From Candidatus Poribacteria bacterium (GTDB taxonomy: Bacteria; Poribacteria; WGA-4E; PCPOR2b), in NCBI GenBank assembly GCA_965208425.1, contig OZ242335.1, forward strand, positions 6,151,181 to 6,215,180: 64,000 nucleotides of DNA, in the 5' to 3' direction. The position numbers and the translations under genes were made by a program. The first letter of the stretch is position 1, and each line of letters opens with the position of its first letter. Under the pieces are notes generated by a model, which had not been told where the DNA came from, ran no database searches, and saw only the letters and a program-made list of their open reading frames with translations. Shown piece after piece: positions 18,236-30,500 of this stretch.

Positions 18236-19444
18236 ATGTCCAAACTCCGAATTGCTGTCATCGGGGTGGGAGCCAACCGCGGCTCTCGCGCTCGTCAGTA
18301 TATAGAAGCAATTACACGCTTGACCGAGCACTACGAACTCGCTGCTATCTGCGACCGCAATCCTCAAGTGCTTCAGGAGGTGGCAACCCAGTATGGGATA
18401 AAGGCGCGCTACGAAAGCGTGGCTGCCCTTTTTGATGCTGAGAAGCCAGATGTCATACTTAGCTTGGCACCGAAGGATTCCCATATTGTCATTGCCCTTA
18501 CCGCAGCGCGGCACGGCGCACATATCATCACGGAAATACCAGTGGCGTTGACACGACGCTACGCCGCAGCAATTGCCGAAACGTGCCGGTCAGCGGGGGT
18601 ACTTTGGGAGGTAGCAGAGCAGGTTTGGCTCTGGCCCGCAGAGCGTCTCAAGAGACAGATTATTGAGGCCGGGGGTATTGGTAAACTCACCCATGCCCGG
18701 CTGTGGTATCTGACCGGACAGTATCACGGTTTCAATGGGGTCAGGTCGCTTTTGGGGGCAAGGGCAACTCGCGTTCTCGGCTACTGTGGAGAGGTGGAAA
18801 CCGAACCCTATATTGCCTACGGTGGAGAACCCGAGTCAACGATAAAATGGGACCAAGCGGTAATTGAGTTTGATAATGGTGTGACCTGCCTGTTTGAGAA
18901 ACCGCCGCGCGCCTTTCCATTGCGGGAACAGACTTTTTCAACGGGTTGGCAGGTCGAGGGCACAAAGGGGCATTTCGATCGAAACCGGCTCGCGCTGTAT
19001 GGAGAACCCCATCCTTACGAAATTACAGAGCAGTACACCGAAATGGAGGGAGAACGTATACTTGAGGCGGTCCGGGTGGACACTGACCCGCCGATGGTTT
19101 GGGAAAATCCCTTCAAATCGTTCCGTATCGGCTCACCGGATGACGTTGCGAAGGCGAGCATCCTCGTCAGCTTTCACCGTGCAATTACACAAGGAGGAAC
19201 GCCACAGTACGGGGCAGAAAACGCACTACATGATTGGGAGATCTGTCTTGCGATTCGCGAAAGTGCCCGTCTGGGAAACACTTGGGTGACGTTACCCTTA
19301 GAAGGTCCGACTGAGTTAGAGGGTCAGATCGAGGCGGAGTTTGCCCGACGCTATGGACACGACCCGATTGAGGAGACTGAAGCCCTTCTGGACACCTCTT
19401 TTGGCCGGTCAGCCACACTATGGCCCTTCGCGCATTGGCTTTGA
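18236..19444 (+). CDS. Gfo/Idh/MocA family NAD(P)-dependent oxidoreductase.
   Basis: N-terminal Rossmann LRIAVIGVGANRG and family-typical length and layout. Confidence 0.75.
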   Translation: MSKLRIAVIGVGANRGSRARQYIEAITRLTEHYELAAICDRNPQVLQEVATQYGIKARYESVAALFDAEKPDVILSLAPKDSHIVIALTAARHGAHIITEIPVALTRRYAAAIAETCRSAGVLWEVAEQVWLWPAERLKRQIIEAGGIGKLTHARLWYLTGQYHGFNGVRSLLGARATRVLGYCGEVETEPYIAYGGEPESTIKWDQAVIEFDNGVTCLFEKPPRAFPLREQTFSTGWQVEGTKGHFDRNRLALYGEPHPYEITEQYTEMEGERILEAVRVDTDPPMVWENPFKSFRIGSPDDVAKASILVSFHRAITQGGTPQYGAENALHDWEICLAIRESARLGNTWVTLPLEGPTELEGQIEAEFARRYGHDPIEETEALLDTSFGRSATLWPFAHWL

Positions 19445-19458
19445 ACTGTCAGAAACAC

Positions 19459-19612
19459 GGCTCATGTGAAAAGAAAGTGCAAGTCCCGATTCATCGGGAT
19501 TCCGCTGCCGTTCCGAGCATCCCGAGAATGGGGACTTGCGGAACACGAAGAGAAACCGAGTTTTCAAGAAAAAACTCGGTTTCTTTACACGATTTCTTAA
19601 CGTGAGCGAAGG
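19459..19612. mobile_element. A-family MITE copy (long form with cccgattcatcggg insertion) between convergent genes. Probable bidirectional terminator.
   Basis: Core 19552-19583 gaaaccgagttttcaagaaaaaactcggtttc. Confidence 0.7.
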
Positions 19613-19639
19613 ACGCTGGCAGGGATCAAAAGCTGATTC

Positions 19640-21043
19640 CTACACATCCGGAGGCCGATTGTGCCACTCGGTGGCTCCTTCGTAGGCGTGACCAATCTGG
19701 CATAACAACGGTTCTGACAGGTGCTTACCCACCCACTGAATGCTTAGAGGAAGCCCTTCGTTGTTGAATCCACACGGTACTGATAATGTTGGTGCCCCGT
19801 TGAAATCAAACGGCGCGGTGAATCGTTGGAATTTCGGTTCTCGGTTTTCCGGCAGGGGTCCATATAATTCTTCTGGCTTGACGAGGTGCGGTGGTGCGGA
19901 TGTTGACGGACAGACCAATACATCAATCTCCTCAAACACACGGCGGAGATGCCCTGTGCAGGCAGCGCGTAAGTTGTTGGCTTTGGCGTACTCTGCCCCT
20001 GTCACCCTCGCCCCTTTATCCAGCCACCCACGAAACCAAGGACCGTAGTCGTCTCTTCGGGAGGGGTAGGTCGCTTCGTGGGCGGCAACCGCTTCAGCGG
20101 AACACAAAACGGGCCACGCAGCGACGTACGGGTCCATATCCGGCAGCTGCACATCGACAATCTCAGCACCCAAACCTTCCAGAACCTTTACGCCAGCTAG
20201 CACCGCTTCTGCGAGTTCAGGGTCAATATCTTGGGTAGCGTATTGCAAGTCCAATCCGATACGAACACCTTTTACACCCTTGTCTATATCTTCGAGCATG
20301 TCTGGTACAGGAGCCGGCAGGGATGTGGGATCATTCGGATCGAAACCGGAGATGGTTTCAAGCACAATGCCTGCGTCGGCGGTGCTCCGTGTCAGGGGTC
20401 CAACATGGTCGAGCGATTCAGCCAAAGCCAACACGCCGTACCGACTGACTCGCCCCCATGTGGGTTTGAGACCTACTGTGCCGCAATGTGCGGCGGGGAA
20501 ACGAATCGAACCACCGGTATCGCTGCCCAGAGACCCGAAACACAGACCGGCTGCTGTTGCGACGCCGGATCCACTGGAGGAAGCACCCGCAAATCGTTCG
20601 GCATTCCACGGGTTGATGGGAATCCTGAATTTGGGATTGTAACCGCCCATCGCGCCTTCCGTAAGATTGAGCTTGCCTAGTAGCACCGCTCCAGCCGACT
20701 CTAGCTTTGCTACAACGGTAGAATCGAAGTCAGGGACATGCTCGGCGAGTGCCTGTGTTCCTCCCATCGTGTGGACACCCTTGGTAAAACATAGATCTTT
20801 TACGGCTATCGGTACGCCATGGAGCGGTCCGCGATACACGCCAGATGTGATTTCCGCCTCAGCTTTCTGAGCTGCCGTGATCGCGTGGTCTGCCATAACG
20901 GTGGCGTAGCTTTTGAGGTGGCTATCAAGTTGGTCAATGCGATCCAGTATTGCGGTGGTAACCTCTACAGGCGATATATGTTTCGCTTTTATTAGTTCGG
21001 ATACTTCAGTAATCGTTTTGAAGTGAAGTGGTATTTTGCTCAT
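19640..21043 (-). CDS. Amidase-signature family amidase.
   Basis: Signature-region GGSSGG-type motif GASSSGSGVATAAGLCFGSLGSDTGGSIRFPAAHCG and a 467-aa length. Confidence 0.85.
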   Translation of the reverse strand: MSKIPLHFKTITEVSELIKAKHISPVEVTTAILDRIDQLDSHLKSYATVMADHAITAAQKAEAEITSGVYRGPLHGVPIAVKDLCFTKGVHTMGGTQALAEHVPDFDSTVVAKLESAGAVLLGKLNLTEGAMGGYNPKFRIPINPWNAERFAGASSSGSGVATAAGLCFGSLGSDTGGSIRFPAAHCGTVGLKPTWGRVSRYGVLALAESLDHVGPLTRSTADAGIVLETISGFDPNDPTSLPAPVPDMLEDIDKGVKGVRIGLDLQYATQDIDPELAEAVLAGVKVLEGLGAEIVDVQLPDMDPYVAAWPVLCSAEAVAAHEATYPSRRDDYGPWFRGWLDKGARVTGAEYAKANNLRAACTGHLRRVFEEIDVLVCPSTSAPPHLVKPEELYGPLPENREPKFQRFTAPFDFNGAPTLSVPCGFNNEGLPLSIQWVGKHLSEPLLCQIGHAYEGATEWHNRPPDV

Positions 21044-21378
21044 TTTTTTATTCCCTCACAGAAGTTTGTCGCTAGGGCGTGTTGACATTTTGAAGTTGCT
21101 GATTCGGCAACCGGTGTAATCATCAGGCAATCTGCCATAAGTAGCGCGAACTGTTAGTTTGCAGGCTGGATCACAATCTAACAGATCGTGGTACAAAAGA
21201 GCATTTTTACGAAACAGCTTTTTGAACAGGAGGCATCCCGATGGAAAACGGAGTTGGGTTTCACTCTATCTGTCTATAAACAGGTGTTGTTGGACGACGG
21301 AGCCTCTATTGGACTTGATAGGGATTGCCGTTTAACCGTTCAACCCAACCTACGGACTCTTGCCATGTGCAGTATCCA

Positions 21379-21450
21379 ACTATAGTGGATCTTAAAATTA
21401 ATGAGACGCTCTAAACCGGTGCGGTTAGAAACCGCACCTACCGGGGGCCG
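21379..21450. mobile_element. B-family MITE, short form (ctatagtggatcttaaaattaatgagacgctctaaaccggtgcggttagaaaccgcacctaccggggg).
   Basis: Sequence comparison. Confidence 0.65.
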
Positions 21451-21636
21451 TGTGAGTGTTCAATCGCGCATCAATTCTACACGAAAATCGGAGGAATGAC
21501 GAGAAAAAACAGTTTTGCGATACCTTATGCGATTCGGCTAAAACACTTGTAATTGAGTTTTTGCACCTAACATGATATACTAAACACATCATAACAAATA
21601 AGCAATCAAAGGTTTATTCCAAAGACGGAGAGATAT

Positions 21637-23715
21637 ATGCCACGGGAATATGGGATTGAACAGGTACGAAATATCGGCATCATGGCGCATATCGATGCCG
21701 GCAAGACAACGACCACTGAACGCATCTTATTCTATACCGGCAAAAAACATAAAATCGGTGACATCGACGATGGCACCACGGATATGGATTGGATGGTTCA
21801 AGAACGTGAGCGCGGCGTGACTATCACTGCGGCAGCGACAACCTGCTTTTGGCGCGACCACGCGATTCACCTGATTGATACACCGGGGCACGTTGACTTT
21901 ACTGTCGAAGTTGAGCGCTCCCTACGTGTACTTGATGGAGCGGTTGCCCTATTTTGTGCTGTCGGCGGCGTTGAACCCCAATCCGAAACGGTATGGCATC
22001 AAGCAGAGCGTTATCACATTCCACGAATCGCTTTCGTGAACAAGATGGACCGGTTGGGGGCGAATTTTCCCCGTGTTATCGAAATGATGAAAGAACGATT
22101 GGGAGCCAATCCGTTGATTCTCCAACTGCCAATCGGTGCTGAAAGTCAGTTTTCAGGTGTCGTGGATCTTATTCGTATGCAAGCCCTCCGTTGGCATGAA
22201 AAGGACCAAGGACAGACCTTTGACGTGACGGAGATCCCTGCGGAATTGGGTGCAGCAGCGGAGGAAGCACGTGAGGAGTTGGTCGAAACCGTTGCAAGCG
22301 AAGATGATGCCCTATTGGAAAAATACCTCGAAGGCGAGGAAATCACAGAAGCAGAACTTCTGGCGGGGATTCGTCGCGCAACCTTAAAAAATAGACTCGT
22401 CCCGGTGTTGTGTGGAACGGCTCTGAAGAATCAAGGCGTCCAACCGTTACTCGATGCCGTTATTGATTTCCTTCCGGCGCCGACTGATGTGCCTCCGATT
22501 GAGGGCATCGTCCCGCGCAAAGACCACAAGGAAGAGCGAGAGTCGAAAGATGATGCGCCGTTTGCTGCGTTAGCATTCAAGATTGCCAGAGATCCGAATG
22601 TGGCTAAGATAGTTTACTGCCGTATCTATTCGGGGACGCTCAAACGTGGGGAGGTCGTTTACAACGTAACAACAGACACAAAAGAGCGGGTAACACGAAT
22701 CTTGCAGATGCACGCGAACAAACGGGAAACCTGTGATGAAGCCCACGCAGGAGACATCGTCGCACTTGTTGGATTGAAAAACACCACCACCGGGGATTCG
22801 TTGACGACTGCCTCGCAGCCAATTCTGTTGGAATCAATGGTATTTCCAGAGCCGGTTATCTCTGTCGCGATTGAACCGAGGTCCGAAAGGGATAAAGATG
22901 CGCTTGAAGAAACACTTGATTTCATGATGGAAGAGGACCCAACCTTTACTGTGCAGATCGACGATGAAACCGGGCAGCGTGTGATCTCAGGTATGGGAGA
23001 ACTTCATCTAGAGATTTTGACGGATCGGATGCTGCGCGAATTTCAAGTCAATGCGCGTGTCAGCAAGTTACAGGTTGCCTACCGTGAGACAATCAGCCAA
23101 GTCGCTGAAGCGCAAGGCAAATATATTCATAAGATTGATGACGAGGGCATCTATGGAGATGTCATACTCAAGTTGGAACCGCTACCGAGAGGGATGGGAT
23201 TTGACTTTGTGGATGAAAGCAACGAACTAGACATGCCTCGCCAATACGTCGCCGCCGTTGAGCAAGGGGCACGAAACGCGATGTCAAACGGGGTGTTAAG
23301 TGGATTCCCCATGCAGGATATCAAAGTGGTTCTTATCGGTGGTTCATACCATGAAACGGATTCATCGGAAACCGCCTTTGAAGCTGCCACGGTCATCGCT
23401 TTTGAGCAGGCTGCCCAAAAGGCATCGCCCGTCCTGTTAGAACCGATTATGAAAATTCAGGTGATTGCACCAACTGAACATATTGGTAAGGTGATTGGCG
23501 ACCTCAATTCACGACGCGCGCAGATCCACGAAACCGGGGCAGTGGGAACATCGGAATCCATTGATGCCCATGTTCCGTTAGCGCAGATGTTCCAATATAC
23601 AACGGAATTGCGTTCATTGACTCAAGGACGTGGGTTGTTCACGATGGAATTCTCTCATCACGACGTTGCTCTCGCCAGCACACGAGATGCTGTTGTGAAT
23701 AGACCATTGTTTTAG
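21637..23715 (+). CDS. fusA: Translation elongation factor G, standalone and not in a str operon context. It could be an EF-G2 paralog.
   Basis: G1 [10 protein letters not shown]3 DTPGHVDF, G4 NKMD and a full five-domain length of 692 aa. Confidence 0.9.
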   Translation: MPREYGIEQVRNIGIMAHIDAGKTTTTERILFYTGKKHKIGDIDDGTTDMDWMVQERERGVTITAAATTCFWRDHAIHLIDTPGHVDFTVEVERSLRVLDGAVALFCAVGGVEPQSETVWHQAERYHIPRIAFVNKMDRLGANFPRVIEMMKERLGANPLILQLPIGAESQFSGVVDLIRMQALRWHEKDQGQTFDVTEIPAELGAAAEEAREELVETVASEDDALLEKYLEGEEITEAELLAGIRRATLKNRLVPVLCGTALKNQGVQPLLDAVIDFLPAPTDVPPIEGIVPRKDHKEERESKDDAPFAALAFKIARDPNVAKIVYCRIYSGTLKRGEVVYNVTTDTKERVTRILQMHANKRETCDEAHAGDIVALVGLKNTTTGDSLTTASQPILLESMVFPEPVISVAIEPRSERDKDALEETLDFMMEEDPTFTVQIDDETGQRVISGMGELHLEILTDRMLREFQVNARVSKLQVAYRETISQVAEAQGKYIHKIDDEGIYGDVILKLEPLPRGMGFDFVDESNELDMPRQYVAAVEQGARNAMSNGVLSGFPMQDIKVVLIGGSYHETDSSETAFEAATVIAFEQAAQKASPVLLEPIMKIQVIAPTEHIGKVIGDLNSRRAQIHETGAVGTSESIDAHVPLAQMFQYTTELRSLTQGRGLFTMEFSHHDVALASTRDAVVNRPLF

Positions 23716-23726
23716 TACCTGAACAA

Positions 23727-23858
23727 CTATGGTGAATTCTAAAAATAAATGAACACTTTCGCCTCCCGGTAGGTGCGGTTTGTAACCGCACCGAATCGGC
23801 GCAGTTAGAAACAGCGCCTACCAATTTGGAGTGTCTCATTAATTCTAAAATTTACTAT
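23727..23858. mobile_element. B-family MITE, full form with internal hairpins (ggtaggtgcggtttgtaaccgcacc ; ggcgcagttagaaacagcgcc).
   Basis: Sequence comparison. Confidence 0.7.
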
Positions 23859-23879
23859 AAATCAATGAAAGGAGCACCG

Positions 23880-24896
23880 ATGAGCAAACCTAAAATTTTA
23901 TACCTGCCCACATCAGGGCATACCGCAGAGGTTTTTCCCCCAGACGTTTTCGCACGATTTCAGGAGCAATTTGATGTAACGTTGAATGAAACTGGCTCAA
24001 GCTATACAAGCGACGAAATTGCCGAGCGTGTTGCCGGGTTTGAAGGGATAGTCACCGGTTGGGGCGTGTCACCGATAACCGAAAAGGCGATGGCTAACGC
24101 AGACGCACTCCGAATCATCGCTCATTCGGCAGGTTCTATAAAACGTCTTGTCGGTGAGGTCCTTGATAAATACATCATGCCGCGCCAGATCTGTGTGTTC
24201 AGTGCCAACGAAGCAATCGCCTACAATGTCGCGGAATATACGATCGGCGCAATGATTATGACCACCCGCCGATGGGTTGACTTTATCTTGCACACCCGAT
24301 CAGGGAGGTGGAATCGTAGCGAAGTGGCTTCCAGCGCGCCTTCTTTACGCGGAAGCACTGTTGGGATAGTCTCGGCAAGCAAAGTTGGACGACAGGTGAT
24401 TAAACTTTTACAGTCTTTCGAGGTCAGAAAACTGATTTACGATCCGTATCTCTCAGATTGGGAGGCGGGCACGCTCGGTGTGGAGAAAGTTTCGCTCAAC
24501 GATCTTTTTGCCACAGCCGATATTGTGACCGTTCACACACCGAGTATTCCGGAAACAGATAAGATGATTGGTGAGGAACAACTAAAATTGCTTCGGGATG
24601 GAACCACACTGGTCAATACCTCACGGGGCAGCGTCATCGATCATGATGCTTTACTAGCTGAAGCGCGGACTGGTCGTATTTTTATCACACTTGATGTCAC
24701 AACTCCAGAACCATTGCCGCCAGATAGTCCGTTTTTAGGGCTGCCAAATGTTTTTGTGACACCCCATGTTTCTGGAACAGGTGCTTACGGCTACGCCAAA
24801 ATCGGTGAATCGACACTTGCAGCGTTAGAAGATTTTTTCGCAAATAGACCCGTTGTAGGTGCAGTTGACTTTAACCGATTCGATTTGATAGGGTAA
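23880..24896 (+). CDS. D-isomer-specific 2-hydroxyacid dehydrogenase family protein. The ORF-track start at 23826 lies inside the MITE. The ATG at 23880 follows aaaggag.
   Basis: NAD-binding domain GSTVGIVSASKVGRQV and catalytic region ...VTPHVSG. Confidence 0.75.
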   Translation: MSKPKILYLPTSGHTAEVFPPDVFARFQEQFDVTLNETGSSYTSDEIAERVAGFEGIVTGWGVSPITEKAMANADALRIIAHSAGSIKRLVGEVLDKYIMPRQICVFSANEAIAYNVAEYTIGAMIMTTRRWVDFILHTRSGRWNRSEVASSAPSLRGSTVGIVSASKVGRQVIKLLQSFEVRKLIYDPYLSDWEAGTLGVEKVSLNDLFATADIVTVHTPSIPETDKMIGEEQLKLLRDGTTLVNTSRGSVIDHDALLAEARTGRIFITLDVTTPEPLPPDSPFLGLPNVFVTPHVSGTGAYGYAKIGESTLAALEDFFANRPVVGAVDFNRFDLIG

Positions 24897-24964
24897 TCCC
24901 TTCTTCTGACTCCATTCAATCGACAATGTATGAGCACATCCGCTCATATCTGTAGGATTGACGA

Positions 24965-25025
24965 GAAAATTGCACCAAATGGTGCAATTTCAAAAATTCA
25001 TTTTACACCATTTGGTGCAGAAAAT
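24965..25025. promoter_or_regulatory. Two related dyad sites, TTGCACCAaaTGGTGCAA and CACCAttTGGTG, about 35 bp apart, upstream of the DUF4159 gene. Candidate operator.
   Basis: The palindromes are seen directly in the sequence. Confidence 0.3.
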
Positions 25026-25192
25026 CGATTAATTGGCGACAGGAAACCTGCGTTTCGTGGGTATTCTTGATTTATAAGAAATGGCACAATAATTGCTACT
25101 ATTGCCGACATATTACGGCTCACTTTTGCATACACATGATGTGAGGGTTTGCTCAAATCTTTACACACAAACAAAATTTTTGGAGGAAAAAT

Positions 25193-26671
25193 ATGAGTGC
25201 CAAGAAGACTTCAGGGGCTTTGATGACCTCGTTGATTGTTCACGGAGTCGCCTTCGTCATCGCGGGTATCTATCTCGTTACCCAGACCCAGCAGTTCAAA
25301 GACTTGGTCGGTGCCGAAGTTCTGCAAGCCAAAGAACCCCCCAAACCTCAAGTTCGTAAACCGGTTATCAAGCCGGTGGTAAAACCAACCGTTCCAACCA
25401 CAAATACAGTGGTTGTCGAGCAGGTTCAGGTCCAACCCAGAGTGACGACAGCAGCGGTCGTGCGTCCGACCTCCGTACAGCCACAAACCGTTTTGGAATT
25501 TTCCAATAAAGTGGTGAAGTTGGATGCTCCCATAAACCCCAACGTGCCTAAAGTGGTCAGTGCTAATGCACCAGTGCCGCAAGTTGTGACCCATGCTGAC
25601 TTGCCTGTTTCTGACGCTCCCGGCGCACTAGCATTTAGTGCTCCAGTAGCAACGGCTCCAAGTGCTGCGCCCGCTAACATTGGTCGTGGTATTGGTGGTG
25701 TCGTACAGGTAAAAGTCGCCTTTGAGCGTCCGGCTGGACTCGCTATGGTCGAACACGTTGGTGCAACCCGCGATGCCTTGGGTGATGTTGTTGAGAACAT
25801 TACGCTGGGTAACGTAGAAGTACCGCCACTGCCCCGTGGCGAACCCGGTGGTCGTGTCATTGGACGTGGTGCTGACATTCGCGGTGTGTTCCGGTTTACC
25901 CGTGTCCGTCACAGTCTCTCCGACTGGTGGGCTGATGCCTCCTCGCTGAACGCGTGGACGAAGTGGATGAACGAACGAACCAAGATTAAAACAGACATGA
26001 ACGTCGAAGGCGGCGCTTTGAAGTTCACCGATGCGAACTTGCAAAAAGCTCCTATGCTCTTCATGACGGGTCATGACCCAGCACTTACTCGTTCCAAGAA
26101 CCTGATGAGTCGTCAGTATGGCGGTGGCAAATTGGACAATCGTCTGTCTGAAAGCGAAGCAGCGGCACTCCGTCGGTATCTCGTTGAAAGAGGCGGCGTC
26201 CTTGCTTTTGATGACTGTGGCGTGAACGCACCAGCGCAGGCAATGATTCGTCTGTTCCTCGCTCAGATGCGGTTTGTTATGCCTGAATATCAGGTCACAC
26301 GAATTCCGAATGACCATGAGATGTACAGCAACTTCTACGAGATGGGTGGACCACCGGTTGGATTCGACCTGTGGTGGTGGGGAACTCACCCGCCGAAACG
26401 GAACTATCTTGAGGGAGTTATGGTTGGCGACCACGTTTCCGTGTTAGTATTCCGTCGTGATTATATGTGTGCGATGGAGTCGGTTAGTTTGCCAACCCGT
26501 AGTGTCCATTATTCACCAGGTGTTTATCGTTTCATGACCAACGTTGCAGTTTACGCATTGACGCACGGCTCGATTTCTGACTACTCCGGTTATGTGCCAG
26601 AAGATACAATGGCAAAGAAGAAACTGCCGACCAGTGCTCCTGAAGCTGCGAAGATTGGTGCTGTTGAATAA
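25193..26671 (+). CDS. N-terminally membrane-anchored protein with a Pro/Val-rich linker and a C-terminal DUF4159-like domain.
   Basis: TM segment LIVHGVAFVIAGIYLV. The C-terminal region resembles DUF4159 by recall. RBS ggagg 7 nt upstream. Confidence 0.55.
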   Translation: MSAKKTSGALMTSLIVHGVAFVIAGIYLVTQTQQFKDLVGAEVLQAKEPPKPQVRKPVIKPVVKPTVPTTNTVVVEQVQVQPRVTTAAVVRPTSVQPQTVLEFSNKVVKLDAPINPNVPKVVSANAPVPQVVTHADLPVSDAPGALAFSAPVATAPSAAPANIGRGIGGVVQVKVAFERPAGLAMVEHVGATRDALGDVVENITLGNVEVPPLPRGEPGGRVIGRGADIRGVFRFTRVRHSLSDWWADASSLNAWTKWMNERTKIKTDMNVEGGALKFTDANLQKAPMLFMTGHDPALTRSKNLMSRQYGGGKLDNRLSESEAAALRRYLVERGGVLAFDDCGVNAPAQAMIRLFLAQMRFVMPEYQVTRIPNDHEMYSNFYEMGGPPVGFDLWWWGTHPPKRNYLEGVMVGDHVSVLVFRRDYMCAMESVSLPTRSVHYSPGVYRFMTNVAVYALTHGSISDYSGYVPEDTMAKKKLPTSAPEAAKIGAVE

Positions 26672-26710
26672 AGCATACTGATTTGGACAGACCTTCATAT
26701 TATGTCACAT

Positions 26711-26746
26711 AAGCAGCCAAGCCGTTCGCTTGGCTGCTTTTTTTTT
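26711..26746 (+). terminator. Intrinsic terminator: stem agcagccaagc/gcttggctgct, loop cgttc, followed by T9.
   Basis: Directly visible hairpin and T-tract downstream of the 25193-26671 gene. Confidence 0.8.
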
Positions 26747-27014
26747 GGAATATTCCGCAGTCATGCAATCACTTGGATACAGATCTGGGTGACTTTGACA
26801 ATTCCTATCTTTGTGATATAATGCCCTACCTGTGAGACCACATAGTACCTTTGCAAACGGGATGAGATTTTTTTTATCTCAGTCCATTTTTTCCCGAACA
26901 AAATCTGAATTTATCGTCCTAAATGTAATGAATAGTATAACTATCGATCTATAACGTCTATTCATCAGAACACGAGCCCTTGATTCAGACCCCAATTTCT
27001 AAACGAGGTGAACA

Positions 27015-27464
27015 ATGATGAACCGAATCAGTTTGAAGAATGTATGTGTTGGATTTATTTTTATCTGTATCCTAGGAATAGGTATATCATTGATAGCTAA
27101 AGCGCAACAGGAAGATACCTCCAAATACACTATCTTGGTTTTCGCCAAATTACACCTGACCCCCACTGGAGATCCGGAAGTCGCTGAGAAACTGATGAAG
27201 GAGAAGTTGTTATCAGCAGCAAAAGGAATTGAGGGGTTGAAGATTACCGCACTCAAGCGGATGCAACTTCCGGGACCAGAAGCACCCACGAACTCCAGTC
27301 AACCTGACTTTGTAATGATGGCTGAACTGACGGATGAGGCGGTCTTTGCCAAACTCATTACAGCAACACCCACAGCCTTAAAAGAATATGGTGAGGGGAT
27401 GAAGGCGCAAGCCGGCGCACCTCAATTTGAATTGTATCAAATTTTGGGTAGATCAACAGAGTGA
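27015..27464 (+). CDS. Small secreted or membrane-anchored protein of unknown function.
   Basis: Signal/TM segment VCVGFIFICILGIGISLIA and RBS gaggtg. Confidence 0.45.
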   Translation: MMNRISLKNVCVGFIFICILGIGISLIAKAQQEDTSKYTILVFAKLHLTPTGDPEVAEKLMKEKLLSAAKGIEGLKITALKRMQLPGPEAPTNSSQPDFVMMAELTDEAVFAKLITATPTALKEYGEGMKAQAGAPQFELYQILGRSTE

Positions 27465-27511
27465 ACTATACGCGATATGACACCCTCAAAATACGCATCA
27501 GGAGAGCATTG

Positions 27512-30500
27512 ATGAAACCAATCTTTCAACACATCTATCAAGTTCTGATAATCACTTTCGCGTTCGCTGTGTTACTCACAAGTTGTAGGCAGGAGGCTAC
27601 CCGCAAAGCGGATTGGGAAACCCATTTCACGGACCTGCACTTCGCCAACCCCAAGTACGGCTGGATTGTTGGGGAAAAAGGATTCATCATCCACACAAAC
27701 GATGGTGGCAAAACATGGAATCGGCAAGAAATAGAAACAGAGGAAGACCTTAAAGCTGTCTACTTTACAAACCTAAAATACGGCTGGGTAGTGGGGGACA
27801 ACGGTGTTATTGCTGCAACGGATGATGGCGGCAGATACTGGTATCTCCAGAAAAGCCGCACATCCGGTATGATCAGAGATGTAATCTTTGCCAACTCTAA
27901 CGAGGGCTGGGTTGTAGGGGAAGACAACTACGTAATTGCCACAAAGAATGGTGGAAAGACGTGGGAACGCCAAAATTATACGAGCAATTTCCCCCTCAAC
28001 GGTGTTTGGTTTATCAATGATCAGCATGGCTGGACTGTCGGCGAATATGAGCGTATCTTTCACACGGAGGATGGTGGAAAGACATGGCAAGAGCAGACTA
28101 CCCGTCACCAGTTCGCACGAACCCGATTGGTCAACGACAATCGACGTGTTATCTTCATAAATGAAAATGAAGGTTGGCTAGCAGGCACGGATGGTTCAAT
28201 CTTCCACACACAGAACGGTGGCGCTAAGTGGGATATGCAAGATAGCCGTATTCCGAATATTAACGGTCACGTCAAAGAAACCGTCAACGGTATCCACTTC
28301 GTCGACAACAAGCGTGGTTTGGCGGTCGCCGACATCGGGTTTATCACGTTCACCGAAGATGGCGGAGATAACTGGCGGCTGCTCGATAGCGTCACAGAAA
28401 ACAATCTGATGGCTGTTCAGTTCACGAGTCAGACCGAAGCATGGGCAGTCGGCTGGCACGGCACAATCGTACACTCTACTGATGGCGGACACACATGGAC
28501 GATGCGGAGTGGTACTACGGCAAACGACCTAGAAAACATCCAATTCACTTCGGAGGACCGTGCTATCGCTGTCGGACAACGTGGTGCTATCGTGGTCTCC
28601 GAGGATGGTGGACAGACATGGCAGGAGATCGATACCGATATATGGGATAATATTCGTAACATCTTTTTCATCTCCGACAAAGAGGGTTGGTTGATTGGCG
28701 AACGGAACATGATTGGTCATACCACCGATGGCGGACGGACATGGGAGCGTCAATACGCCGGCATGGGACATATGCTCAACGGTGTTTACTTTGTAACACC
28801 GAAGAAGGGCTGGGTGGTCGGCGAACTTGGTACAGTCTTGTTCACCGCTGACGGCGGTGCCTCGTGGGTTCCTCAGACTCCAACGGAATTTAACTCGCTC
28901 AAAGGTGCTTTCTTCCTGAATGAGAAAGAGGGCTGGGTGGTCGGTTGGCCCGGGGTTGTCTATCACACGAAGAATGGTGGGCTATCCTGGACATCACAGA
29001 CTTCTGGAACCTTCAACGAACTCTACGCAGTTCACTTTACAGATAGCAATAATGGTTGGGTCGTCGGTCAATTCGGTGAAATTCTGCGCACAAAGGATGG
29101 TGGCCAAACTTGGAGGTTTCAACCGAGCGGTGTTCAAGAAAACCTAAACAAGGTCTACCTCGCTGACACCTTGCACGGCATTATCGTTGGGGATAAGGGC
29201 ACAATTCTGACTACAACCAACGGTGGCGCGAAATGGGAAAAACAGGAAAGTGGCACAGAGAACGATCTCTTGGGATTCTCGCTCTCGCCAGAAGGGATGG
29301 TTGCGGTGGGACGCGGTGGGGTTGCAATGCACTATTCGATTGATCCAGAACAACTCCCTGTGACTTTGCCACCTATAGCCGAGATCATTGAAACACCCGA
29401 AATCCCTGAAGAGGAGGTAACCGTCGAGGAGGTAACCTACCATTGGGATATTATCCGTCGTGCCACATGGCAGACCGATTTTTCAGATACCTACTTTCTT
29501 GATGAGCACACCGGCTGGGCGGTTGGGGGAGGTGGCGTTATCGCTCACACGACCGATAGTGGAAAAACATGGCTGCCACAACACAGCAGCGTCGAGGCAG
29601 ATCTGTATCAGGTTATGTTTGTTGATAAATCCCACGGTTGGATTACCGGCAGCCGTATGCTGCTCCGCACCGAGGATGGCGGAAAAACATGGCAGGTAGT
29701 GAAAGGTGTTCTACAAAACTTCCGTCGCGTCAACACGATGCAATTTATCAACCCCAAAGAGGGTTGGCTAGGGGTCGGTGCCGCAGAGATGCTGCACACC
29801 GCCGACGGCGGACTGACGTGGGAACGTCAGCGAACCGGAATGAACGAGAACCCTATTGTCGACCTGCATTTCATCAACGGTCTGGAAGGTTGGGCGGTCA
29901 TGCTAGAACGCCTCGACGGTGGAGCAAGGGAAGGTGGAGTTATCCTGCACACCACCGATGGAGGCGAATACTGGAAGGTCCTTGACAACACCAACCAACC
30001 CGCCATTGCCGTCCATTTTGCAGACTCAAAATCGGGGTGGGTCGTGTTGAGAAACGGTGTATCGATCGCAACCCATGACGGAGGCGCAACTTGGAAGCGG
30101 GTCCTGTCCGATTCAGATAGCGGCTGGCCACCCCGGCGAATTGGTCGCATCACCTTCCAAGACCATCAAACAGCGTGGGCGCTTGGAGGAGATGGTAGAC
30201 TCTTCATCACACGCAACAGCGGTCAAACATGGAAAGGGGCGAACGTTCCACAGCATGAAAGTTCGGTCAACTCCGGAATTGCATCCGAAGAGGACACCGA
30301 TTGGCTCGCGCTCTGGCTGGAAGAGGAAGGAGAATCAGGCAATCGTGCCGACGACCAATCCAACAACACCAACACTTCAGAATGGGATCAGGATTTCGCA
30401 GAAGAATTCCAAACAGAAATGACAGATAGACGTCAACGCGCCGGACGTTTCACGCCAGAGGGCGATCTCGGTGAGGAAAATGGGGATTTTTCCAACGAAA

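Noticed and set aside
21044-21636. Looked for a tRNA or other structured RNA, and for the ORF 21188-21385, in the 600-bp region upstream of EF-G.
   Set aside because: No tRNA-like T-arm or anticodon-arm pattern was found. The ORF lacks an RBS or motifs. This is probably just a promoter/leader region containing a short B-family MITE.
23826-23879. N-terminal extension MECLINSKIYYKSMKGAP of the dehydrogenase gene. Similar 'CLINSKIHYK' peptides occur in ORFs 45186-45572, 48279-48479 and 57033-57311.
   Set aside because: All are translations of the B-family MITE terminus. The real start at 23880 has a proper RBS.
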